Positions 16,483-23,947 of a stretch of 36,140 bases of DNA are shown here, in pieces. The notes below the pieces were generated by a model. It searched no databases. It was not told the origin of the DNA and saw only the letters and a program-made list of their open reading frames with translations. How positions within the stretch are numbered: position 1 is the first letter of the stretch; every line of letters starts with the position of its first letter. This stretch comes from Candidatus Saccharimonadia bacterium (GTDB lineage Bacteria; Patescibacteriota; Saccharimonadia; Saccharimonadales; 2-12-FULL-41-12): the NCBI GenBank assembly GCA_023263015.1, contig JALQXV010000087.1, forward strand, positions 1 through 36,140, written 5' to 3'. Both the position numbers and the translations under genes were made by a program.

Positions 16483-17049
16483 CTAATCTTTCTTGCGTTC
16501 GCGGTAAGCACCAGTGGCGGTATCTACGCTAATCACATCACCAGTCTTAATAAAAGCTGGCACTTTAACTGTTACGCCCGTTTCAAGTGTTGCGTCTTTT
16601 GTAATAGCCGAGCTAGTGTCGCCCTTAACGGCATCTTCCGCATAGGTAACTTCAAGGTATACGTTTTTAGGCAGCTCAACATTGATAACTTGCCCGTTAA
16701 AACTTTGGGTCTGCACGCGATCCCCTTCTTTTAAGAAACGTGCTTGATCGCCCACAATCTCTTCGGCAATTTCGTGCTGCTCAAAGCTCTCATCGTCCAT
16801 GAAAAAGTACGTTGTACCATCGTTGTACAAATACTGAGCATTACTATTGCTCACATCGGCTGGTTGCAGCTGTTCGTTGCCTTTAAAGGTTTTATCAAGA
16901 ACTTTGCTGTCAAGTAGGCTTTTGATCTTAACGTTCACAATTGAACCACCGCGACCCATTACTTTCTGGCCGTACTCAAGGACACGATACGGAGTACCTT
17001 CCCATTCAAAAATTGTGCCTTTTTTAAGATCTGTTACGCCTAGCGCCAT
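16483..17049 (-). CDS. efp: Translation elongation factor P
   Basis: 188 aa. DLKKGTIFEWEGTPYRVLEY...GRGGSIVNVKIKSLL, with three OB-like segments typical of EF-P. Confidence 0.95.
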   Translation of the reverse strand: MALGVTDLKKGTIFEWEGTPYRVLEYGQKVMGRGGSIVNVKIKSLLDSKVLDKTFKGNEQLQPADVSNSNAQYLYNDGTTYFFMDDESFEQHEIAEEIVGDQARFLKEGDRVQTQSFNGQVINVELPKNVYLEVTYAEDAVKGDTSSAITKDATLETGVTVKVPAFIKTGDVISVDTATGAYRERKKD

Positions 17050-17064
17050 TCTTGTTCCTTTCGG

Positions 17065-17343
17065 TTACATCTTTCTTAGTTCTTGGACAAAGTGTTCACA
17101 GCGATGCTCTAAACTATGTACATCGTTATGACTCATCACTTCGTGATGGCCTGCTTCTTCTAGAATTGATTGGACACGCTTAACAATATCCTCAATGCTA
17201 TTTGGGTTCTTTTTAACCTGTACAGCGTCTTCGAGGCGCTGTACTTCATCGGTTAGTTTACGCGCGATCGGGCTGTTACGATCATCAATACATTGCTTAA
17301 CATCGATTTGAAAACGAAGTATATCTTTATAAAAATGATCCAT
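17065..17343 (-). CDS. Hypothetical small helical protein (92 aa)
   Basis: ORF with no TM segment, predicted helical and His-rich near the C-terminus (AGHHEVMSHNDVHSLEHRCEH). It is wedged between rpsR and efp on the same strand. Confidence 0.5.
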   Translation of the reverse strand: MDHFYKDILRFQIDVKQCIDDRNSPIARKLTDEVQRLEDAVQVKKNPNSIEDIVKRVQSILEEAGHHEVMSHNDVHSLEHRCEHFVQELRKM

Positions 17344-17364
17344 AGAGGCCCCTTTACGTGTTAC

Positions 17365-17568
17365 TTAGTTAGATGCAACGAATGGAAGCATCGCAAGGTG
17401 ACGAGCACGCTTGATAGCAACACTTAAACGTCGTTGCTGACTTTCAGTAAGACCGGTTTTCTTACGAGTTTCGATCTGACCATACTGATTTACGTAGCGC
17501 TGCAAGGTTTTGAAATCCTTGTAGTCAAAATACGGTACATCTGTCTTGTGTTTAAAAATCTTTGCCAT
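17365..17568 (-). CDS. rpsR: 30S ribosomal protein S18
   Basis: DYKDFKTLQRYVNQYGQIETRKKTGLTESQQRRLSVAIKRARHLAMLPF is the canonical S18 core. Confidence 0.95.
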   Translation of the reverse strand: MAKIFKHKTDVPYFDYKDFKTLQRYVNQYGQIETRKKTGLTESQQRRLSVAIKRARHLAMLPFVASN

Positions 17569-17581
17569 TATATATCTCCTA

Positions 17582-18034
17582 CTAGAATGGAATATCGTCT
17601 AAATTAATTGGTTCGTCGCCGATATCTTCGATAACGACGTCTTTGTTAGTTTTTTGGTTAGATTGAGGCGCTGGTTCTGAACCACCGTTATCTCCACCTT
17701 CGCCACGACCGCCTAAGAATGTTACATCGCTGGCAACTACTTCGAGCTTGCTGCGCTTATTACCATCTTGTTCCCACTGACGGCTCTGCAAACGACCACT
17801 GACGAGCACTGGACGACCCTTAGTTAAGTATTGGGCAACTCGTTCACCGAGAGGACCCCACGCTACTACGTCGACAAAGTCGGTAGCTTCCGACCAGTTA
17901 CCATCTTTATCTTTATAAGAACGGTTAAGCGCAAGACTAAAGCTACATACACTTTGACCACTTGGAATTTGGCGGAGATCAGGATCTCGGGTTAGGTTAC
18001 CCATTAATGTTACTTGGTTGAAACTTCGGGCCAT
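17582..18034 (-). CDS. ssb: Single-stranded DNA-binding protein
   Basis: FNQVTLMGNLTRDPDLR OB-fold start, a Gly-rich linker, and the acidic tip ...LDDIPF. Sits in the conserved rpsF-ssb-rpsR order. Confidence 0.95.
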   Translation of the reverse strand: MARSFNQVTLMGNLTRDPDLRQIPSGQSVCSFSLALNRSYKDKDGNWSEATDFVDVVAWGPLGERVAQYLTKGRPVLVSGRLQSRQWEQDGNKRSKLEVVASDVTFLGGRGEGGDNGGSEPAPQSNQKTNKDVVIEDIGDEPINLDDIPF

Positions 18035-18121
18035 CTGGCTGCTCCTCTTCTGGTTGTTACATCTATTGTACCCTCAACTGTACAAACGGAAGGTTAAATA
18101 ATTCTTAATAGAGTGTAAGAA

Positions 18122-18511
18122 TTATTCGTTTTCAGTAGTTTCGGTTTTTGTGTCGTCAGCTTTTTCGCCGCGGGCCTGCGCCTTTTCAGCTTTTTCAGCT
18201 TTAAGCGCTTCTGCCTTGGCGATTGCCTTAAGGTCTGGGCGTGTAATTAGGTAACGAATAATTTCGTCGGTAATGTTAAAGGTTGCTTCAACTTTTTTAA
18301 CACCTTCACCTGGCATTTCAACTGTGTAAAATACATACACGGCTTGTTCTTGCTTAGCAATTGGGTATGCTAGCTTCTTCTTGCCCCAGTTGTCAGTTTT
18401 AGTAATTTTACCGCCGTTATCAGAGATGATCTTCTCGACTTTGGCCTGTGGCTTACTCAGATCAATTTCTAGATCTGGGTGAAACAACACTGCAATTTCA
18501 TATACATTCAT
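18122..18511 (-). CDS. rpsF: 30S ribosomal protein S6 with a K/A/E-rich C-terminal tail
   Basis: MNVYEIAVLFHPDLE... is a typical S6 start. AAAGGAG SD lies 8 nt upstream of the ATG at 18511; the track start at 18595 adds an implausible 28 aa. Confidence 0.9.
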   Translation of the reverse strand: MNVYEIAVLFHPDLEIDLSKPQAKVEKIISDNGGKITKTDNWGKKKLAYPIAKQEQAVYVFYTVEMPGEGVKKVEATFNITDEIIRYLITRPDLKAIAKAEALKAEKAEKAQARGEKADDTKTETTENE

Positions 18512-18628
18512 GTATGAAACTCCTTTGGTTAACGCCTGCACGCTCATTGGCGGCTGCAAGCTGAGTTGATAGTACGTATATTTTACTAAATTCACCCCTG
18601 TTAGTCAAGGGGCGGCGAACAATGCTCT

Positions 18629-19381
18629 TTAGGCAGCAAGTAGCCTTTGTTCAACAGTGGCTTTAAAATGATGCAATGAATTTGAATTTACCCTTACAAA
18701 GCGTTTAGTAACGTGACGCATCGTTACATGTATATCCGGACGTACATAGCCGTCCTTTTTAAGTTCTCTGTAATGAGCGTCGAGCGGCTCAAGCGATATG
18801 TCCAAGGCAACCCCTAGCATAAATCGTGCCAAAGAAATCTTTTTATCCGGTTGAGTTTTGCTATCAAGGAATTCGTCAATCAATGAGTTATCTATATAGT
18901 CTTCAACGTTCTTGGTTGCGGCATAGTCAGCTATAAAGTCACCAAGGTATCGATGTTTATCAATTTTGGTTACTGTCGGTCTTGTAAGTTTTGAGTAGTC
19001 TGACGAAGATAAATCGACTACTCTATAGCCCCCAAAGCTGGCTACATCTACGGCTTGTTGTGGAACTACTCCTGCTGCTGCCAAAACTGTTTGCCTAAAG
19101 CAATCTGAATTAAGCATTGGTAGCTCTGGCCCCTCAAACAGTCGGTGATAATTATCATGAAGTGTACGGTTAACCATCTGTATACGACTATTTCGTACTG
19201 CTAGTCCAGATACACCGCCGAGCAACAAATGGTTCTTTGGATGAAAGGCATGATGGGCGTCTACTCGATTATCTATACCCCTATTAAAATAAAACAACGA
19301 GCCGCGGGGCTCGTTGGGCAAGATAGGTAATGGGAGTCCGGTAACTTCGCAACTTGGAGCTTTTAACAGTTCGTGTTCCAC
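18629..19381 (-). CDS. Hypothetical protein with an N-terminal HNH/His-Me-finger-like motif lacking the usual Cys ligands
   Basis: 250 aa. Residues about 41-80 read DAHHAFHPKNHLLLGGVSGLAVRNSRIQMVNRTLHDNYHR. The spacing matches HH-x3-P...GG...N...H-x3-H of HNH nucleases. The C-terminal 170 aa are unrecognised. Confidence 0.55.
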   Translation of the reverse strand: MEHELLKAPSCEVTGLPLPILPNEPRGSLFYFNRGIDNRVDAHHAFHPKNHLLLGGVSGLAVRNSRIQMVNRTLHDNYHRLFEGPELPMLNSDCFRQTVLAAAGVVPQQAVDVASFGGYRVVDLSSSDYSKLTRPTVTKIDKHRYLGDFIADYAATKNVEDYIDNSLIDEFLDSKTQPDKKISLARFMLGVALDISLEPLDAHYRELKKDGYVRPDIHVTMRHVTKRFVRVNSNSLHHFKATVEQRLLAA

Positions 19382-19474
19382 TACGCCTATATCTCTGTTT
19401 TGGTTATCTAAAACTAACTATAAGAACAATACGCAACAGACTCAAGTATTTTAAGATGTAGTTATAACAACCTT

Positions 19475-19678
19475 ATGCTTGCGTTAGTGGCAGTATTCTC
19501 GTACTATCGTTCAATGAGCGAAATTGATCACGAACGATACCCAGGAAGCATCCGTCCTGCCGCAGAACTTGATGCAATTTACCTTGATGGCGAACACTAC
19601 CCTGAAATCCCTGAAAAGCCACCAGTAGACACGACTCCAAAACCAATTGTCCACGAAGAGTGGGATCCCCAAGCCTAG
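19475..19678 (+). CDS. Small acidic/Pro-rich hypothetical protein (67 aa, or 54 aa from an internal Met)
   Basis: Divergent from the HNH-like gene. TATAAC at 19463-19468 ends 6 nt before the ATG. The stop lies 1 nt from the ftsK stop on the other strand. Coding status is uncertain. Confidence 0.4.
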   Translation: MLALVAVFSYYRSMSEIDHERYPGSIRPAAELDAIYLDGEHYPEIPEKPPVDTTPKPIVHEEWDPQA

Positions 19679-19679
19679 G

Positions 19680-21923
19680 CTAGCGAGCTAGGTAGTTATC
19701 CCGCGGATTTTCTTCATCCGCCATGTCGTCGTAAACGTCGCCGTCTGGCGCTACTCCAACCTGAGGACTGCCAAACACATCGTCCATGCTATTTACAAGC
19801 ACGTCGCGTGGTCGAGAACCATCTGCTGGCCCAACAATACCCTGCTCTTCCATTGACTCGATTAAGCGAGCTGCACGAGCGTAACCCACGCGCAGGCGGC
19901 GCTGGAGCAAGCTTGTACTCGCTTTACGCCCCTCAATAACGACACGTACTGCGTCACGCCACATATCATCTTCGGCTTCACCGCCGTTGCCCATATCCAT
20001 CACGACCCCACCCTTGCCATTCAACTGGACAGGCTGACTAACAACTTCGTCGTCATACATCGGTGGCTTCTGATCTTTAATGAAGTCGACAACCTTAACA
20101 GTTTCATCATCAGATATAAAGGCTGCCTGAACACGTTTTGGCTTAGGCATATCGCTTGTTAGTAGTAGCATGTCACCCCGACCAAGTAATTTTTCGGCGC
20201 CAACCTGATCAATGATAGTACGTGAGTCGACTTGGCTCGCTACTGTAAAGGCGATTCGAGCCGGTACGTTAGCCTTGATTAAACCAGTAATAACATCTAC
20301 TGACGGACGCTGGGTGGCGAGCACCAAGTGAATACCGGCGGCACGAGCCTTTTGTGCCAAACGTACAATTAACGCTTCAACGTCGCGAGCAGCCATCATC
20401 ATAAGATCGGCTAACTCATCAATCACAATCACGATGTACGGCATACCCTCTTCTTTTTTAAGATCGTTATACTCGGCAATATTGCGCTTATTTACTTCGG
20501 CCATGGTACGCAAACGGCGTTCCATTTCTGCTACTGCCCACTTCAAAGCCGATATACACTTCTCTGGCTCGTTGATAACAGGTGTTAACAAATGCGGCAG
20601 GTCATTGTAAGGAGCAAGCTCAACCTGCTTTGGATCAACTAGGATCAACTTGAGGTCGGCTGGTGAGTTACGATAGAGCAAGCTCGTCAAGATATCGTTA
20701 ATCATAACCGACTTACCAGAACCAGTCTGACCAGCTACTAGCAAGTGGGGCATTTTAGCAAGATCACCAACAATCGGCTGACCAGCAATATCACGGCCAA
20801 TTGCAAATGTTAGCGGGCTTTTACCTCCCGACCATTCACGAGAAGATAGTATGCCGCTCATACGTACAGTGGCTGGCTTAATATTAGGTACTTCAATACC
20901 CACTAAGCGTTTGCCTGGGATTGGCGCTTCAATACGAATTGCATGTGCCGCCAGATCAAGTGCTAGGTTATCCGATAGCGCAGTGATCTTAGTTAACTTG
21001 GCGCCAGCCGGTGGTTTAAGCGTGTACTGAGTCACACGTGGGCCAACATTAGCCCCTTCCATCTCGACATTAATATTAAAGTTATTGAACGTCTCTTGGA
21101 TTGTCTGCGCATTACCCTCAACATCACCGGCGTCGGCTTTATCTTGCTTTTGATCAAGCAGCTTTAGGCTTGGGAATTCCCAGTTTGGATCACTCTGGAT
21201 TGTGAGTGCCTGATGATTTTCGGTTGGTGCCATGCGCTGAGCAGTGTTTTTAAGACTACTCAATCGAAGTGGCTGTTTTGGCGGTTCAGCTGCTGGCTCG
21301 TGACTAACAGTTGGCACACTTTCATTAACTTTGAATTTCTTTTCATCCTTAAGTGTTTGGAGATCGGTGTCTGGTTCACGTTCTGGTCGTTTAAATGGAG
21401 CTATTAACACCTTAAATGGAATATTAAAAGCCAGCATAAACGTGAGTAGCGCAACTACTGCAAACAGTAAGCTGGCCGGAATCTTATCAAGCGCCTGAAG
21501 CACTGTTCCACCGATTATTTCGCCAACTGCCCCACCATTACCGCCAGTAACCGTATCAAAGTTTGGGTCAATTTTTACAAACAGCGTGTGCATTAAGGCC
21601 GAGGCCGCAGCAACAAATGCTAACATACTCAAGCCCTTGCCTAATGGGATCTTTCGATCTTCACCAATAATCTTATAGACACCAAAGAAAACGAGCGCTA
21701 CCGGCGATAGATAAGCCGCGTAGCCGAGCGCATCATACACACCGTTAAACATACCGACTGGCAAGTTACCACCCGTGCCAAAGCCGCCGAGCAACAAGAA
21801 AATGGCTAACAATATCATTAATATTGCGCCGGTAATCGGCCAAAAAGTTGAGCGCTCTTTGACGACTGGCTTAGCGACTGCTCGCTTAGCTTTTGCTTTT
21901 GATTTTTTTCTTTTAGCTGCCAT
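19680..21923 (-). CDS. ftsK: DNA translocase FtsK/SpoIIIE
   Basis: N-terminal TM segments and a P/E/Q linker. Motor domain with LVAGQTGSGKSVMIN Walker A and IVIVIDELADL Walker B. C-terminal winged-helix gamma domain (STSLLQRRLRVGYARAARLIESME). I prefer the start at 21923 (MAAKRKKSK); TGGTATAAT lies 10 nt upstream. Confidence 0.9.
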   Translation of the reverse strand: MAAKRKKSKAKAKRAVAKPVVKERSTFWPITGAILMILLAIFLLLGGFGTGGNLPVGMFNGVYDALGYAAYLSPVALVFFGVYKIIGEDRKIPLGKGLSMLAFVAAASALMHTLFVKIDPNFDTVTGGNGGAVGEIIGGTVLQALDKIPASLLFAVVALLTFMLAFNIPFKVLIAPFKRPEREPDTDLQTLKDEKKFKVNESVPTVSHEPAAEPPKQPLRLSSLKNTAQRMAPTENHQALTIQSDPNWEFPSLKLLDQKQDKADAGDVEGNAQTIQETFNNFNINVEMEGANVGPRVTQYTLKPPAGAKLTKITALSDNLALDLAAHAIRIEAPIPGKRLVGIEVPNIKPATVRMSGILSSREWSGGKSPLTFAIGRDIAGQPIVGDLAKMPHLLVAGQTGSGKSVMINDILTSLLYRNSPADLKLILVDPKQVELAPYNDLPHLLTPVINEPEKCISALKWAVAEMERRLRTMAEVNKRNIAEYNDLKKEEGMPYIVIVIDELADLMMMAARDVEALIVRLAQKARAAGIHLVLATQRPSVDVITGLIKANVPARIAFTVASQVDSRTIIDQVGAEKLLGRGDMLLLTSDMPKPKRVQAAFISDDETVKVVDFIKDQKPPMYDDEVVSQPVQLNGKGGVVMDMGNGGEAEDDMWRDAVRVVIEGRKASTSLLQRRLRVGYARAARLIESMEEQGIVGPADGSRPRDVLVNSMDDVFGSPQVGVAPDGDVYDDMADEENPRDNYLAR

Positions 21924-22033
21924 TGTTTTTAGTATTATACCAGTAGTTTTTATGTTTATGGTTAATCTTAGTAAATTGTAGCACAAAATACTACAAAAGT
22001 CAACCATCGATCTGTTAGACTTGTACAATACCT

Positions 22034-22771
22034 ATGCGCAAAACACTTAGTGAACGAATACTAACTATTCCAAATAAATTATCTGGCGGGCGTGATCGTC
22101 GAGACGACGTTTCTTATGGCCCGCATGAGGACATGAAATACGATGAGTTTCCCAATGATGGACCGATAGTTATGTTCTGGCACGGTGGCAGCTGGACTAC
22201 CGGAAATAAGGAAATGTATCGCTTTGTTGGCAACATGCTGCAAAAACTGGGTGCACACGCTATTGTCATGGGCTATCCTCGCTTTCCAAAGCAAACTTTC
22301 CCAGGCTTTATAGATGATGCTACGCGAGCAATTGAATTTGTGCGCGCACAGTATCCCAACCGCAAAATTTATGCCATGGGGCATTCAGCTGGCGGCCACA
22401 CTGCCCTAATTGCCGCCATGACCCACGAAGTAGATGGCGTAATTGCCATTGCAGCTCCGTGCAATCTTTCTGAACGTTACTGGAGTGAAGTGTTTGGTGA
22501 TAGTTTTAAAGATAAAAAGCATGACCCCCGCACCTACGTTGCTAGCTCAAAAAGACAGCCAAAATTTTTACTTATTCACGGCGCAATTGATCATACGGTG
22601 CTCGTTGCTGATTCTATATCTCTGCACAGACGGCTTAAAAAGAATAAACTCCAGTCTGAGTTATCTGTTATTAAGCTTGCGAATCACTTCACGATACTCC
22701 CCTTGCTCGTATGGGGGCCCCTTTTTAGAACACGAGCAAAGATTAAGCAGTTTATTCTGAGCGAGCGCTAA
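22034..22771 (+). CDS. Alpha/beta hydrolase (esterase/lipase-type)
   Basis: HGGSW oxyanion-type motif, a GHSAGG nucleophile elbow, and a late IHGAIDHTV segment with the putative catalytic Asp/His. Confidence 0.8.
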   Translation: MRKTLSERILTIPNKLSGGRDRRDDVSYGPHEDMKYDEFPNDGPIVMFWHGGSWTTGNKEMYRFVGNMLQKLGAHAIVMGYPRFPKQTFPGFIDDATRAIEFVRAQYPNRKIYAMGHSAGGHTALIAAMTHEVDGVIAIAAPCNLSERYWSEVFGDSFKDKKHDPRTYVASSKRQPKFLLIHGAIDHTVLVADSISLHRRLKKNKLQSELSVIKLANHFTILPLLVWGPLFRTRAKIKQFILSER

Positions 22772-23675
22772 ACGGGACTATCCAGTCTTGATGCTGGTCG
22801 GAATGCTGATCAACAATGTTCTTAAGTGCTTCTGCGAGAGCTGTAGTTACTGGGCGTTCTTTTGGCAGATTGAATTGTTCGATTGTATTAATTGGCGCAA
22901 TTCGAGCGGCGGTACCTGTTAGAAAGGCTTCATTCGCCAGCAGTAGCTCCGAACGATCGATCTCACGTTCTTGGATAGGAATATTAAGTTCGGTAGCAAG
23001 CTCTAAAATACTACGACGAGTAATACCCTCTAAAATGTCGGCAGTTACTGGGGGCGTTATGAGTACGCCGTTTTTGACCATGAAAATATTCATGGCGCTA
23101 CCTTCGGCAACTTTGCCGCGGCTATTTAGAAATATCGCTTCGTCAAAACCGCGGTTTACGGCTTCGGACTTGGCGAGCGCCGAACTAACGTACGTTCCAC
23201 TAATTTTACCTCTTAGCGGGATAGCCCTGTCTTCACTACGAGTCCACGACGCGATACAGCAGGTAATACCATCGCTTGCCATGTAGTCACCCATATAGAC
23301 TCCATACACTAAAACGTCAAAGGCAACGTCATGTAGCTTTGGTACCACGCCTAGTTCCGAAGCATACACTAGTGGTCGTACGTAGTACGGCTTATCGCTT
23401 GGGTTAGCTGCAATAAAGTCTGCAACTTTGCTCGCAATTTCATCTTCTGTAATATTAGCGCCTAGCAGCTTAGCACTTTCGCTCAGACGCTTAAAGTGAA
23501 GCTCTGGACGAAACAATGCCATGTGGTTAGGGCTTTTAGCATCTGGTTGCGCTCGCATGCCGGCAAAGGCGGCAGTTCCATAATGCAGCGCGTGTGTTGC
23601 GACCGATACGTTCGCGTCTTCGAATTGAACAACTTTATTTTGCAGGTACGCAAACGGTAAAAATTGGTCGCTCAT
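22752..23675 (-). CDS. ilvE: Class IV (branched-chain type) amino acid aminotransferase
   Basis: Family pattern ...YGTAAFAGMRA..., EAIFLNSRGKVAEGSAMNIFMVKNGVLITPP, GITRRSILELA. I prefer the ATG at 23675, which overlaps the chorismate mutase TGA (ATGA). Confidence 0.85.
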   Translation of the reverse strand: MSDQFLPFAYLQNKVVQFEDANVSVATHALHYGTAAFAGMRAQPDAKSPNHMALFRPELHFKRLSESAKLLGANITEDEIASKVADFIAANPSDKPYYVRPLVYASELGVVPKLHDVAFDVLVYGVYMGDYMASDGITCCIASWTRSEDRAIPLRGKISGTYVSSALAKSEAVNRGFDEAIFLNSRGKVAEGSAMNIFMVKNGVLITPPVTADILEGITRRSILELATELNIPIQEREIDRSELLLANEAFLTGTAARIAPINTIEQFNLPKERPVTTALAEALKNIVDQHSDQHQDWIVPFSARSE

Positions 23676-23947
23676 TTTGATAAGGCCTCCCCTTCTAGCT
23701 TTAGAAAATACTGGTGCATAGTATGCCAAATTGCCTCGACTACGTCTGGATCAAGCTTATTGTCGGTAGCTCGTTGGCGACATTTATCAAGTACCGCTTG
23801 GAATCTAGCTGGCTGTAGCGGTGCCATATTATGTTCAGCTTTATAGCGAATAACACCTTCAACCTCGGCTTTTCGTGCTGCGAGCAGGTCAATAATCTGC
23901 GCGTCAATTACGTCGATTGCTTGTCGGTGTTCGTCTAATGTACTCAT
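23672..23947 (-). CDS. Chorismate mutase, AroQ class (monofunctional, 91 aa)
   Basis: LDEHRQAIDVIDAQIIDLLAARKAEVEGVIRYK is the AroQ helix-1 pattern. Size and all-helical character fit. ATGA overlaps occur with both neighbours. Confidence 0.8.
   Translation of the reverse strand: MSTLDEHRQAIDVIDAQIIDLLAARKAEVEGVIRYKAEHNMAPLQPARFQAVLDKCRQRATDNKLDPDVVEAIWHTMHQYFLKLEGEALSK

Noticed and set aside
18100-18123. Inverted repeat AATTCTTA-N8-TAAGAATT overlapping the rpsF stop codon, as a terminator between rpsF and ssb.
   Set aside because: The stem is AT-only with no following U-tract on the minus strand, and rpsF-ssb-rpsR is normally co-transcribed. At most it is a weak attenuator, and it is not well enough supported to list as a feature.
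18512-22028. N-terminal extensions proposed by the ORF track: rpsF to 18595, ftsK to 22028, and likewise tlyA to 16511, rpsO to 31143, ilvE to 23729, pilO to 2335, guaB to 35717, and the 370-aa gene to 9400.
   Set aside because: The downstream ATGs have proper SDs or -10 boxes, remove overlaps with neighbouring genes, and give N-termini that match the canonical family starts.
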